Under the pieces are notes generated by a model, which saw only the letters and a list, made by a program, of their open reading frames with translations, made no database searches and was not told where the DNA came from. The translations under genes were made by a program, and so were the position numbers. A stretch of DNA of 64,000 bases from Candidatus Nomurabacteria bacterium (GTDB lineage: Bacteria > Patescibacteriota > Minisyncoccia > Phycocordibacterales > UBA9973): positions 87,830-151,829 of the forward strand of contig JAHFNT010000002.1 in the NCBI GenBank assembly GCA_023267195.1. Reading direction: 5' to 3'. The number at the start of each line of letters is the position of its first letter. Position 1 is the stretch's first letter. Shown in pieces: positions 1 to 10,058 of this stretch.

Positions 1-153
1 AGCATTTTTATCGGCCCGGAAGGAGGTTTTACTGAAAAAGAAATAAATTTAGCAGAAAAATCCGGCTACAGCGTAGCTTCTCTCGGCCCATTAACTCTAC
101 GCGGGGAAACCGCCGCCATTGTCGCCACCTATCGAGCAGTGGAAGGAATCTAG
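1..153 (+). CDS. rsmE: 16S rRNA (uracil-N3) methyltransferase RsmE family, C-terminal fragment (5' part lies outside the window)
   Basis: Frame 1 reads SIFIGPEGGFTEKEINLAEKSGYSVASLGPLTLRGETAAIVATYRAVEGI*. The GPEGG..E......G.....LG..ILR.ETA motif is typical of the RsmE C-terminus. Confidence 0.55.
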   Translation, partial: SIFIGPEGGFTEKEINLAEKSGYSVASLGPLTLRGETAAIVATYRAVEGI

Positions 154-2207
154 CTTTCCAAAATTTTCCTCAACACATCTTCGGGAACCTCTTTGATCTT
201 CTCCCCCTGCGAAGGAGAAGTGCCAGCTTGACTGGCGAGGGGGTCCTTTTTTGTTTGGTTATTTTCTTCTTTTTTAATATATTTCTTCTCTACCTTCTCT
301 TGGATCAAACTTTTCAACTTATTCATTTCTTCCGGCGTTGCAGCGCGATCCTTGGATAATGGAATTTCTTTTTTTACCTCTTCCTTAACTTTCTCCTTTA
401 AAACATCTAGCGAGACAGCCCCGACCTGTGTCGGGGTACCGACTTGGGTCGGGAGCTCAAGTGTTTTATTTAAAACTTCCCGTAAAGCAGAATTGTCGGT
501 AGAGATATGGGTAGATTTTTTGGTAAAAACTTTTTTAATACTACTTAGGATTCCGGATTTATTCGTAGACGCCACTTTAGCTGGCTGCACTGAAGATTTT
601 TCAACTTTTTCGGCGCGTTCATTTTCCCTTCCCTTGTTGTCTTTTTGGGTAAATTCTATACCCAAATCCGCTAGCGGTTTAAAGAATTTAGACTCATCAT
701 ACCGGATTTGATCTTGTCCGCTTTTTTCTACCTTCACTTCGCCAGATTTTATTTTGGCGATACATTCTTTGCAATAAGCTGGCCTGCCCGGCTCTGGCTT
801 GAATGGCACGGTTTTTTCTTTACCGCAAAGAGAGCAAATTATTGGAAATTTTTCCAAAGGTCCGCCGCTGGCGGAAACATTATCTGTATCTCCGAGCGAC
901 ATTTCGCTCCATTCATTGATTTCTCTTTCGACAATCTCCCTCGGCCGGCAGTAAAGATCACGAGAAGATTTTATCACTTCTTCTTCTATTTTTTTATCGC
1001 CAGATTTTACCATCTGTGGCAAGGTTTTCGCAGAAAAAGGACGCGAGGTCACTCCATCGATCATTAATTTCATATAGACTTTGTAGTTCGGCAAATTAAC
1101 AATATCCTGCGGAGTGAATTCTGGCTCAAATTCTGATTCTAAAAATTCCGCGTCATCCGAACCGACCCGGAAAACAATCATCGTTCCCACGTTGCCAAAT
1201 ACCGCATCCCGCACAGCCGAACTCTTGTCCACCACAAGCTGAGCCGTATACTGGTGAGCGACCGTTAGATTTAAACGATATTTTCTAGCCTCAGACAGAA
1301 TACCCGCAAAAGCATCCGTCACGAAGTTTTGAAATTCATCGACGTATAAATAGAAATCTCGGCGATGTTCTTCTGGAATGCGCACGCGCTCCATCGCCGC
1401 TAATTGAATCTTGGTAATAATCATTCCCCCAAGGAGCCCTGAATTATCTTCACCGATGCGCCCCTTGGAAACGTTTACCAAGAAAATCTTACCATCATTC
1501 ATGATATCGAAAATATTTATAGTGCTCTTCGATTGACCGACGACATTTCGGATGATTGAAGTAGAAAGAAATTGTCCAACTTTGTTTTGAATCGGCGCAA
1601 TCGCTTCGTTTCTAAATTTATCCTGCCAAGCTTCGTATTCATGAACCCAGAAAGCTTTAATGACTGGATCTTTTAGATTGGTAATTATTTTTTGGCGATA
1701 ATCTTTATCGACGAGCATGCGAGGAATTCCCAAGAGTGTCGTACCGGGGGTATCAAGCAAGGCGAGAATTGTATTATTTAAAATATATTCCATACGGGCG
1801 CTCCAAGCATTCGCCCAAATTTTTGTAAAAATACCCATCAAACCGGAAGCGACTAAATGCTTGTATTGCGGATCAATGAGCTCTAGAACATTAAAGCCAA
1901 TATGATAATCTGCGTCGGCTGGATTGAAATAGACCACGTCTTTCATTCTATGGGGCGGAATAGCAGAAAGAACTGCTTCGACGTTTTCTCCATGCGGATC
2001 AACCAGACAAACCCCTTCGCCGTTCTGAATATTCTGGATGATCATATTAAACATCAGCACCGATTTACCAGTACCGGACTTTCCGAGAATATAAACATGC
2101 TGCCGTCTGTCTTTGCGCTTGATGCCAAAAAGCTGATTTTTGTCGCGATAAGTGGTAAGACCAAGATAAGTAATATCTTTATTTATGGGTATTTCTGGAA
2201 GTTCCAT
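150..2207 (-). CDS. VirD4/TraD/TraG-like (T4SS coupling-protein family) P-loop ATPase with a K/E-rich low-complexity C-terminal tail and a zf-trcl-like CxxC...P.YCxxC zinc ribbon
   Basis: Walker A is GKSGTGKS and Walker B is LYVDEFQNF, with the TraD/TrwB-like arrangement. The C-terminus has CSLCGKEKTVPFKPEPGRPAYCKECI (zf-trcl-like). No N-terminal TM segment and no neighbouring T4SS genes. Confidence 0.5.
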   Translation of the reverse strand: MELPEIPINKDITYLGLTTYRDKNQLFGIKRKDRRQHVYILGKSGTGKSVLMFNMIIQNIQNGEGVCLVDPHGENVEAVLSAIPPHRMKDVVYFNPADADYHIGFNVLELIDPQYKHLVASGLMGIFTKIWANAWSARMEYILNNTILALLDTPGTTLLGIPRMLVDKDYRQKIITNLKDPVIKAFWVHEYEAWQDKFRNEAIAPIQNKVGQFLSTSIIRNVVGQSKSTINIFDIMNDGKIFLVNVSKGRIGEDNSGLLGGMIITKIQLAAMERVRIPEEHRRDFYLYVDEFQNFVTDAFAGILSEARKYRLNLTVAHQYTAQLVVDKSSAVRDAVFGNVGTMIVFRVGSDDAEFLESEFEPEFTPQDIVNLPNYKVYMKLMIDGVTSRPFSAKTLPQMVKSGDKKIEEEVIKSSRDLYCRPREIVEREINEWSEMSLGDTDNVSASGGPLEKFPIICSLCGKEKTVPFKPEPGRPAYCKECIAKIKSGEVKVEKSGQDQIRYDESKFFKPLADLGIEFTQKDNKGRENERAEKVEKSSVQPAKVASTNKSGILSSIKKVFTKKSTHISTDNSALREVLNKTLELPTQVGTPTQVGAVSLDVLKEKVKEEVKKEIPLSKDRAATPEEMNKLKSLIQEKVEKKYIKKEENNQTKKDPLASQAGTSPSQGEKIKEVPEDVLRKILES
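424..459. repeat. GC-rich double-hairpin repeat (CCCGAC-N4-GTCGGG x2), copy 1, in-frame inside the 3' part of the VirD4-like CDS (encodes PTQVGTPTQVG)
   Basis: ccccgacctgtgtcgggg-taccgacttgggtcggga. Near-identical copies at 56885-56921 and 59382-59419. Confidence 0.6.
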
Positions 2208-2289
2208 ATGTCCATAAATTATAACAGAGATTTCCCAAACTAAAAAGCCTCTAATGTTTCAACAAATTAAAGATTTAGGGGGAAGGACT

Positions 2290-2946
2290 CTACCAAGGAA
2301 ATTTCTCCCCTTTAAACCAAAACTGACCCGTTTCTGGTTTGGAAATAGCCAAATCATAAATATATAAAGCTGCTTCTTCGGGCGACATATCTGCACCTGG
2401 TAAAGCCATATCTGTCATCACTGCTCCTGGGTGTACAGAAGAAACAGTTGCTTTGCCTTTTAATTGGTAAGACAAAATCCTAGTAAACATATTCAGTCCA
2501 GCCTTTGAAATTTTATATGATGGACTACTGGTACCAGGTGGATAACTTAAAGAGCCCTGACGAGAAGAAATGTTCACGACATGAGCATTCAAGTTTAACA
2601 GAGGAATAATGCGCTCGGTAAAATCAATTGGGCCGATCAAATTTGTTTCCAACACTTTTCTTAAAGCAGATATATTCTTTTTAGGATCTTTATCTTCTGG
2701 AAGCCAGGTGCCAGCATTGTTGATTAGTATATCAATCGGTTTTTTGAAATTTATAATTTCGTTCGCGCAATTTTCAATACTCTCAGAATCTGTTAAATCT
2801 AATTTAAGTATTGTTAAATTCTGGTGATCGAGACTGGTCTTACCCTTGGTTGACGTACCAAGAACAAAATATCCTTCTGATAAAAATTTTTGCGCTAGGG
2901 CTTTGCCGATACCCCTACTTATTCCCGTAATTAAAACGGTTTTCAT
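2290..2946 (-). CDS. short-chain dehydrogenase/reductase (SDR) family oxidoreductase
   Basis: N-terminal MKTVLITGISRGIGKALA (TGxxxGIG Rossmann motif) and an SDR-length protein. Start taken at the internal ATG (MKTV). Confidence 0.8.
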   Translation of the reverse strand: MKTVLITGISRGIGKALAQKFLSEGYFVLGTSTKGKTSLDHQNLTILKLDLTDSESIENCANEIINFKKPIDILINNAGTWLPEDKDPKKNISALRKVLETNLIGPIDFTERIIPLLNLNAHVVNISSRQGSLSYPPGTSSPSYKISKAGLNMFTRILSYQLKGKATVSSVHPGAVMTDMALPGADMSPEEAALYIYDLAISKPETGQFWFKGEKFPW

Positions 2947-3034
2947 TAATAAAGTATAGCAAAAAATCTGCAAACCGAAAATCCCTTTAAAAAACGACTA
3001 GGTCTTGCCTAGTCGTTTTTGGCTTGGGAATATT

Positions 3035-4945
3035 TTACGCTTTTGGCTCCTCTCCTTCCTTCTTTTCCTTAAACTCCGCATCCTTCACTTCACTTGGCTG
3101 TTCTTCAGGAGCCGAAGGTCCTGCATTCGCCTGCCCCGAGCCTGTCGAATGGGCCATTGCTTCCCCTATTTTAGACATTTCAGATGAAAGCTCTTCTGTT
3201 GCTTTTTTAATTGCCTCGCCATCAGTGCCATCTTTTACGCCTTTGAGAGCGGAAATTTTGGCTTCTACTCCAGACTTCAAGTCAGCTGGCACTTTGTCGC
3301 CAGCATCTTTGACCGCTTTTTCTGCAGTATAGATAATCATCTCGGCAGTATTTTTTAGATCTACGACTTCTTTCTTCTTTTTATCCTCTTCTGCATGCAG
3401 TTCGGCATCGGCTTGCATCTTTTTAATATCTTCTTCTTTCAAACCAGAACTTGCTTCGATTTTAATTGATTGAGTTTTGCCTGAAGCTTTATCTTTCGCA
3501 GTCACATTCAAAATTCCATTCGCATCTACATCAAAAGAAACTTCAATCTGTGGCATACCGCGAGGTGCTGGTGGCACCCCATCCAAAATAAATCTGCCTA
3601 AACTTTTGTTATCACTTGCCATCGGGCGTTCGCCTTGCACGATATGGATTTCCACCGATGTTTGATTATCCGCAGCGGTTGAAAATACTTGCGATTTATT
3701 TGAAGGAATAGTCGTATTGCGTTCGATCAATTTTGTCGCTACTCCGCCAAGCGTCTCAATGCCAAGCGAAAGCGGAATAACATCGAGAAGCAAAACATCA
3801 CGCACATCCCCTTGTAGCACGCCTGCTTGCACGGCTGCGCCGAGAGCCACGACTTCATCCGGGTTGATAGTTAAGTTTGGGGTCTTGCCGAAAACTTTTT
3901 TCACTTCTTCGACAATTTTTGGCATACGAGTCTGTCCGCCTACCATCACTATCTCATTCATATCTTCCATTTTGAAACCAGAAGCAGCCATAGCGCGTTT
4001 GGTGATCTCAATAGAACGCGAAATGTATTCGTCAGCGAGTGATTCAAGTTGCGCGCGAGTCATTTTGAGAAGAAGGTGTTGAGGCCCTTCTGAGGTAGAA
4101 GTGATGAATGGAATGTTTATTTCACTTTCGATAGCAGTAGAAAGTTCTATTTTAGCTTTTTCCGCTGCTTCATCGAGACGCTGAAGGGCAAGCTTATCAC
4201 TGCGCACATCGACGCCAGAGGTCTTTTTAAATTCTTCCGCAATCCAGTTGATAATTTTATGATCAATATCCCGGCCTCCCAAATGACTATCTCCGTCTGT
4301 AGATTTTACTTCGATGACATCATCGCCGATTTCTAGCACGGATACGTCGAAAGTTCCGCCACCGAAATCGTAGACAACGATCTTTTCATTTTTCTTTTTA
4401 TTAAAACCGTACGCTAACGCTGCGGCTGTCGGTTCGTTAATTATTCTTTTTACATCCAGTCCAGCAATTGCCCCCGCATCTTTGGTCGCTTTTCTTTGCG
4501 CATCGTTGAAATAAGCTGGGACCGTGATTACCGCTTCGGTAATTTTCTCTCCGAGTTTTGCTTCTACATCTGCTTTTATCTTGGAAAGGATCATTGCTGA
4601 AACTTCTTCTGGGCGCATCCATTTATCGCCAATTTTTACTTCCACACCACCATTAGCAGATTTTTGAATTTTAAAAGAGGCATTTTTCAAATCCTTTTGC
4701 ACTTCTGGATCTTCAAAATTGTGACCCATAAAACGCTTAATACCATAAACAGTATTTTCTGGATTGGTCACCGCTTGTCTCTTGGCTAAAAGCCCGACGA
4801 GCCTATCGCCATTTTTAGCCACGGCCACGACAGAAGGCGTCGTGCGATTCCCTTCGACATTTTCAATAATTTTTGGCGCGCCACCTTCAATGATGGCGAC
4901 CGCTGAATTTGTTGTACCCAAATCTATACCTATTGTTTTACTCAT
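3035..4945 (-). CDS. dnaK: molecular chaperone DnaK (Hsp70)
   Basis: [25 protein letters not shown], the VGGQTRMP motif, and a C-terminal EEVKD-like tail. Full-length Hsp70. Confidence 0.97.
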   Translation of the reverse strand: MSKTIGIDLGTTNSAVAIIEGGAPKIIENVEGNRTTPSVVAVAKNGDRLVGLLAKRQAVTNPENTVYGIKRFMGHNFEDPEVQKDLKNASFKIQKSANGGVEVKIGDKWMRPEEVSAMILSKIKADVEAKLGEKITEAVITVPAYFNDAQRKATKDAGAIAGLDVKRIINEPTAAALAYGFNKKKNEKIVVYDFGGGTFDVSVLEIGDDVIEVKSTDGDSHLGGRDIDHKIINWIAEEFKKTSGVDVRSDKLALQRLDEAAEKAKIELSTAIESEINIPFITSTSEGPQHLLLKMTRAQLESLADEYISRSIEITKRAMAASGFKMEDMNEIVMVGGQTRMPKIVEEVKKVFGKTPNLTINPDEVVALGAAVQAGVLQGDVRDVLLLDVIPLSLGIETLGGVATKLIERNTTIPSNKSQVFSTAADNQTSVEIHIVQGERPMASDNKSLGRFILDGVPPAPRGMPQIEVSFDVDANGILNVTAKDKASGKTQSIKIEASSGLKEEDIKKMQADAELHAEEDKKKKEVVDLKNTAEMIIYTAEKAVKDAGDKVPADLKSGVEAKISALKGVKDGTDGEAIKKATEELSSEMSKIGEAMAHSTGSGQANAGPSAPEEQPSEVKDAEFKEKKEGEEPKA

Positions 4946-5032
4946 ATTTTTTATATGTTATTTATAATTTAACTTATATTTCGCGACCACTAATTATTTG
5001 TATAAAAGCAGTATATATGATAGTATATATCC

Positions 5033-5551
5033 ATGTCAAGCAAATCAAAATATTCCAACAAAATATTAAAAATATTGGGCGAAAAACCGGCCATACCACT
5101 AGAATCTCTTAAGGATGCGGATAACCCAAAAATTTCTTATGCTGTTGCTCGTTCTATAAAAAATCTTGTAACATCAGGCTGCGCCGAGATGCTAAATTCT
5201 GCCAACCAAAAATTTGTACGCATTACCAAAGAAGGTAAGACGAAACTAAACACCCTGCGTCTCGAAGGCGAAGATGCGCTAATCCCCTCTTCTTGGGATG
5301 GATTTTGGAGAATTATTTTAATCGATCTGCCGGAGAACAGAAAAAGTGAAAGAGAGAGTGTGCGTTATCTATTAAAAAAAGCAGGTTTTGTTTGTTTGAA
5401 AAATTCGGCTTGGATTTCTCCATTCCCTTTTGAACATTTGTTTACGAATATAAAAAAAGATTTAGGATTAACGACGGAGATGATGATCATCGTTACAGAA
5501 TTCATAGATGAAGAAACCAAGAAAGTTCTCTTTGAAACTTTCAGTAAATAA
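5033..5551 (+). CDS. small winged-helix / PaaX_C-like putative transcriptional regulator
   Basis: WDGFWRIILIDLPENRKSERESVRYLLKKAGFVCLKNSAWISP matches the PaaX C-terminal-like motif (WDG.W.hh.hDlPe..r..R..hr..L...GF..L..S.W..P). Divergent from dnaK. Confidence 0.4.
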   Translation: MSSKSKYSNKILKILGEKPAIPLESLKDADNPKISYAVARSIKNLVTSGCAEMLNSANQKFVRITKEGKTKLNTLRLEGEDALIPSSWDGFWRIILIDLPENRKSERESVRYLLKKAGFVCLKNSAWISPFPFEHLFTNIKKDLGLTTEMMIIVTEFIDEETKKVLFETFSK

Positions 5552-5560
5552 ATTTTTTAT

Positions 5561-5866
5561 TTAAGCAATCTTTTCTGTCATCCAAGTCTTATAGGCTCGA
5601 TTGATTCTGCGGACATCTACACCGGCAATCATGGGGGTGGAATAGCTGTGGTGCTTGGAGATTAGATCGTTTACATCCTCAAGTTTTGGTTCGAAAGTAA
5701 CGATCACCATCATCACTTCTTCCATTTTTTTAAACTTCCCTTCCCAGTCATAGATAGACTTGATTGGCCAGTAATGCACACAAGCGCCCATTTTTTTCTC
5801 AATAATAAGCTTACTGAGAGTTTCCGCCTCTTCAATTGTCGCGCAAGTAGTATGTATAAATACCAT
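5561..5866 (-). CDS. cutA: divalent-cation tolerance protein CutA
   Basis: About 100 aa, with VHYWPIKSIYDWEGK matching the CutA1 signature. Confidence 0.8.
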   Translation of the reverse strand: MVFIHTTCATIEEAETLSKLIIEKKMGACVHYWPIKSIYDWEGKFKKMEEVMMVIVTFEPKLEDVNDLISKHHSYSTPMIAGVDVRRINRAYKTWMTEKIA

Positions 5867-5935
5867 AAAATAGAGAATAGTATCCTTATAATCATTAGTG
5901 TCCGACCTTTCCCTTATTATACCACTTTACAAATT

Positions 5936-7684
5936 TTAGTAAATTTCTTGGTTGTAACAATTTTCGCAATAAACCTTCTCTGGCCGCTCGGGAGCATACG
6001 GAGTTTCGAATTCATTCTGACACTGAGCTTCATGACCGTGATTTGATAAATTACAGGTACACTGACGATGATATAATTTCAGTGGCGGTACTTGTGAAAA
6101 CCTTTCATAGTATCTGCAGTTCGAGCATAAAATTGGAATAGGTATATGATGCTTCTCATAAAATCTAAGCTCATAATCAGTCAGGCGAAACGCACTAGTG
6201 CATTGATGTGAGCATTTCTCCTCATGTATACATCCCAGGACTTCATCTAAAATACTTTTATTAACATTGTTTAAATCATCGGGAATTTCATGTGCAGGCA
6301 TAGTAATGTTGAAATTTTTATCTTGTGGCTCACGCCACGCATAACCCTTCTTTTCTGCTTCCTCTTTTGTCAAAGGAAAAAATTCTTGCGCTAAAGTTTC
6401 ATTGTACGCCCAAGGAGAAATTTCGATTGGAAAAAATTCTCCATATTTATATATTCTACCTGCTTTATCTATAAAAGGCATACTACTCATTTGCTCTATA
6501 ATTCTCGTCCTTAATATTTTATATTCCTCTTCAGAATAAACTTTATTAAAAATTGCATTTTCTACATTATTAAGTGAAATACAACCAAAAATATTAGTAC
6601 AATTTCTACAACATTCAGTATAATCAGCGTTTCTCACAGAATTTATCGCTGAATAAGAAAATTTTACATTATAATCATTCAGACAACCTGTAGTATATTC
6701 ATAAATTAATTCTGATACCATGGCATAACTAACATCCATAGAATCCTTGAAGGAGGCAAAGGCTCTGTGGCAATATTTTAAATTTTCTGCATTATAAATA
6801 TCAAAACAATTATGGCAATTTTTTACATTCAAAAGATTATTACCTGTAGAATTTATAGAACGAACAATATTGGCAAAACGATATATTGCTGATTGTTTAA
6901 TTTTTATAAATTCTTCCAAAAGAACTTCGCGTGAAGCTCGACTTTTTAAATTTAGTTTTTCTAATTCATTAAAATAGTCTTCTTTAGAATATTGCCGATT
7001 GCGGATATAAAATTTTTTATTACGTAAGTTGTGCGAAAGCACGCAGTCGCTGCAATTTACACAATCAACTAGAAAATAAGAATCGATGCAATTTTTTGAC
7101 AACAAAAGATACTGGCAATTATAGTTTTTTTCTCCTTCAATATTCTCGTACAAATTTTGACCTTCTTTTATGTTCAAACAATCTACGATATCTCCTGACT
7201 TATCGATATTTTTAGAATAAAAAACATTCTCGGATCCTGCCACTACACTATAAGATAAATAAACATTTTTAGATTCACCGCAAGCGTTTGTATAATCCGA
7301 ATCAACCATATTCCTTTGCCATAAAGCTAACCTGGGAACAACATCTATAAATTTTTTATACTGCTCAAAAAATGATTGATTAAAATCGTAATCTCGAGCG
7401 TAATCTTTAGCATCCCACCCGTCTCCCCACCAACATTCATTGCAATAAACAGGAAAAGACACAGATTCGTTATACATTGCAATAATATTTTTATTACACA
7501 AATCACACTTGCGCTTATACAACGTTCGCTCATTGCGCCAAGCCAGTCTTCTCTGCATCCGACATTTTGGACAAAAAGTCGGCGGCGGAACCTTTATCTT
7601 TTCATAAAAATTAAAATCTTCACTTTCTATAGTGAAATCCTTTTTGCAGTTTTGACATATTTTGTTTTCACTTTTGTATTCCAT
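5936..7684 (-). CDS. large cysteine-rich protein (paralog B) with N-terminal zf-trcl-like zinc ribbon, many CxxC/NCxxC repeats, and a C-terminal P.VYCxxCY ribbon
   Basis: ICQNCKKDFTIESEDFNFYEKIKVPPPTFCPKCRMQRR, WWGDGWD, repeated NC..C/DC..C units, NLRNKKFYIRNRQYSKEDY, and a C-terminal EKVYCENCY. Paralogous to 7768-9435. Confidence 0.7.
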   Translation of the reverse strand: MEYKSENKICQNCKKDFTIESEDFNFYEKIKVPPPTFCPKCRMQRRLAWRNERTLYKRKCDLCNKNIIAMYNESVSFPVYCNECWWGDGWDAKDYARDYDFNQSFFEQYKKFIDVVPRLALWQRNMVDSDYTNACGESKNVYLSYSVVAGSENVFYSKNIDKSGDIVDCLNIKEGQNLYENIEGEKNYNCQYLLLSKNCIDSYFLVDCVNCSDCVLSHNLRNKKFYIRNRQYSKEDYFNELEKLNLKSRASREVLLEEFIKIKQSAIYRFANIVRSINSTGNNLLNVKNCHNCFDIYNAENLKYCHRAFASFKDSMDVSYAMVSELIYEYTTGCLNDYNVKFSYSAINSVRNADYTECCRNCTNIFGCISLNNVENAIFNKVYSEEEYKILRTRIIEQMSSMPFIDKAGRIYKYGEFFPIEISPWAYNETLAQEFFPLTKEEAEKKGYAWREPQDKNFNITMPAHEIPDDLNNVNKSILDEVLGCIHEEKCSHQCTSAFRLTDYELRFYEKHHIPIPILCSNCRYYERFSQVPPLKLYHRQCTCNLSNHGHEAQCQNEFETPYAPERPEKVYCENCYNQEIY

Positions 7685-7767
7685 TTGATTTTACTTAAGA
7701 ATTTGCGATAGCAGAGTTTTAAGTTTTTATTTTAAATTACATATATACGCCATGGCTGATATATACA

Positions 7768-9435
7768 TTAGGCTATATTTTGTTTATAGCACTCTTCACA
7801 AGCAACCTTCTGATATCCCCATTCCGGCGGATAATATGCCATTATATCTTTTTCGCAATAAAAACACTTATATGGATAACTTTTTATTATCGACATTTTT
7901 TTAATAGCTTTCATTATTCTCAAGTCAAAATGTAACCGAGGTAAAGCAAAATTTTTCCTTTTATGAAATTCATATTCTGTTGGGGCAATGTTAAACCTAT
8001 ATTTGGTTTCGGGACAAATTAAGGCTTGGAGAGAAATATCGGCCTTTGTGTCAATAATAGAATCTGGCAATTCAAGTGAAGAAATACCATCAGCGGATGA
8101 TAAATTTTCCTCTGACCAATAACCCTCTTTGTCTAGTATTTCCTTTTCCGTTATATTGGGGAAATATATAATCCCTGTAGAAAAATTATAGTCACACAAG
8201 CCCATAGAATATGGCAAAAATTTGCCATATTCCCCCCTCTTCTGCATGTCTCTAACAATCTGCTCGCGCAGCTTCTCATACTCTTCTTTGCTATATTGTT
8301 TATTCAAAATACAATACTTCTTTTTTCTAAGACCAACACACCCAAAGCAATATTCACATTCTATACACAAATCTAAATACTCAGAATACCTGGCATCTGA
8401 CCAAGATGAATGTTTGATCCCAAAGCCACCAAAAACTCCACTATTATTTCCTGACATTTCCGTATTCCATGTAAAAGTTTGATCAATAGAGTCCTTGGTT
8501 TTCATGCCCCTTATGTGATTTCTGCAATTTTGAGATTTTTCCCAAAAGAAACAGTTGACACATTTGTCACAATCAGTTAAATAATCTCCCGAGGAATTGG
8601 TTGTTCTTAAATTAAAATTCTCCCTATGTACAACTTCTTTCTTTAATATGTCTTCAAACTCTTTTTTTAGAACATTTATCTTGGAATAAGAATCGAATTC
8701 TACTTTTTTTATTCTTTCTTCATACTGTTCTTTGGTATATTGTGTGTTTCTTATACAATATTTTTTATTGCGTAAATTCCAAGACATAAAACAATTTTGG
8801 CAATTCCGACAATCGTACAAAAAATAAGAATCAATACAATCACGAGAATTTTCAGAAAAATTCAAATTATAAGAATTATGACAAGAAAGACAGTCGTAAG
8901 AGTTTTGTAAATTAAAACAGTAGACAATGTCGAAGGAATCTTTAGCCTCTACCACTCTGTACAGATAGCTAGAATTCTCACATTTCAATAAAGATCGAGA
9001 TAAATAACAATTTTTAGATTCCCAAACATCATCACACCAATCACAATTAGTACTATTTTCACCAGTCTGATGTGGACGAGGAATTTTTTCTTGAAGTTCC
9101 TTTAGTTGTGCAAAGAATGATTTACTTGGATCGTATTCTTGCGCATAAGATATTGGATCCCAACCATCACTCCACCATTCGTGTGATTTATAAATAGGGT
9201 ATCTAGATTTTTCCGGCAAAACAGTAATCAGGCTTTCTCCAGAAAGATCAGATTTACCCTTGCGAAATTTACCAAATATAACAAATGCAAAATGCTGTTT
9301 TATTCTACACAAAAAACACTGAGCGGGAATACTCAATTCAATTTTTTCATACAAACCCAAATCACCAGAATCTATTTCAAATTCATTTTTACAATCAACA
9401 CAAACTTTAGTTTGGTTCTTTGTATTCATATACAT
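7768..9435 (-). CDS. large cysteine-rich protein (paralog A), same architecture as 5936-7684
   Basis: VCVDCKNEFEIDSGDLGLYEKIELSIPAQCFLCR, WWSDGWD, NLRNKKYCIRNTQYTKEQYE, and a C-terminal QKVACEECY. Its start overlaps the grpE 3' end by about 29 nt. Confidence 0.7.
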   Translation of the reverse strand: MYMNTKNQTKVCVDCKNEFEIDSGDLGLYEKIELSIPAQCFLCRIKQHFAFVIFGKFRKGKSDLSGESLITVLPEKSRYPIYKSHEWWSDGWDPISYAQEYDPSKSFFAQLKELQEKIPRPHQTGENSTNCDWCDDVWESKNCYLSRSLLKCENSSYLYRVVEAKDSFDIVYCFNLQNSYDCLSCHNSYNLNFSENSRDCIDSYFLYDCRNCQNCFMSWNLRNKKYCIRNTQYTKEQYEERIKKVEFDSYSKINVLKKEFEDILKKEVVHRENFNLRTTNSSGDYLTDCDKCVNCFFWEKSQNCRNHIRGMKTKDSIDQTFTWNTEMSGNNSGVFGGFGIKHSSWSDARYSEYLDLCIECEYCFGCVGLRKKKYCILNKQYSKEEYEKLREQIVRDMQKRGEYGKFLPYSMGLCDYNFSTGIIYFPNITEKEILDKEGYWSEENLSSADGISSLELPDSIIDTKADISLQALICPETKYRFNIAPTEYEFHKRKNFALPRLHFDLRIMKAIKKMSIIKSYPYKCFYCEKDIMAYYPPEWGYQKVACEECYKQNIA

Positions 9436-10003
9436 TCACCCTCGCTGGACGAATGACACGCTCGCCCAACTTGTAACCCTTTTGGATCACTTCCGCCACC
9501 GTGTGTTCAAGTTCTTTCTTCTCTGTTTCTACGACGTTTATGGATTCATGAATATTTGGATCAAAAGCTTCACCTACTTCTCCTACGGATTTCACGCCAT
9601 ATTCTTCAAAAATCGTATGGAGCTGTGAGTAAATATATTCCACACCTTTGCGCCAGCTTGCATCCACTTTCCCCCAAGCTTCTTTGTTTTGAAATGCCAT
9701 GTTGAAACTATCCACCACAGAAAGAAACCTAGTTAAAATTCTTTCCCGAACAGCTTCGGAAAACAGAGCACGCCTGTTGTCTTCTTCTTTCCGGTAGTTT
9801 GCAAATTCTGCCCGTTCTTTCTGCCAGCCGGTTAAATATTCTTCTTTTTCTTTCTTCGCTTGCTTTAAATCCGCTCTAAGTTTTTTCAGAGTCTTCTTTA
9901 AATCTTCTTCCCCGTCTTCATTAAACTCAAACTCTTCTACCTCCGTGGTATCAATCTCGGACTCGTTTTTTTCAGACTCTTTTTTAATTTCTTCGTCTTG
10001 CAT
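9407..10003 (-). CDS. grpE: nucleotide exchange factor GrpE
   Basis: Acidic N-terminus, a coiled-coil, and RAEFANYRKEEDNRR (the GrpE FxNYRKR motif). Confidence 0.9.
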   Translation of the reverse strand: MQDEEIKKESEKNESEIDTTEVEEFEFNEDGEEDLKKTLKKLRADLKQAKKEKEEYLTGWQKERAEFANYRKEEDNRRALFSEAVRERILTRFLSVVDSFNMAFQNKEAWGKVDASWRKGVEYIYSQLHTIFEEYGVKSVGEVGEAFDPNIHESINVVETEKKELEHTVAEVIQKGYKLGERVIRPARVNVYEYKEPN

Positions 10004-10040
10004 AATTTCATCTTAGCACAAAAATACCCCTATTTTCAAG
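10004..10040 (-). promoter_or_regulatory. putative promoter for grpE embedded in the upstream terminator loop (-35 TTGAAA, extended -10 TGcTAAGAT about 6 nt before the ATG; possibly leaderless)
   Basis: Minus-strand sequence is ...ccccTTGAAAataggggtatttttgTGcTAAGATgaaattATG. Confidence 0.3.
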
Positions 10041-10055
10041 GGGTATTTTTGTTTT
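10021..10055 (-). terminator. rho-independent terminator after rpsI
   Basis: aaaataccccTATTTTCAaggggtatttttgtttt is a perfect GC-containing stem followed by a U-run. Confidence 0.65.
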
Positions 10056-10058
10056 AAA

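Noticed and set aside
352-1067. ORF-track CDS 352-711 and 708-1067 (+), about 119 aa each
   Set aside because: Antisense to the well-supported VirD4-like ATPase gene, with low-complexity translations and no motifs.
10004-10020. TTAGCAC half-site upstream of grpE, considered as a CIRCE/HrcA operator
   Set aside because: No inverted partner (GAGTGCTAA) follows at the 9-nt spacing, and no hrcA is present in the window.
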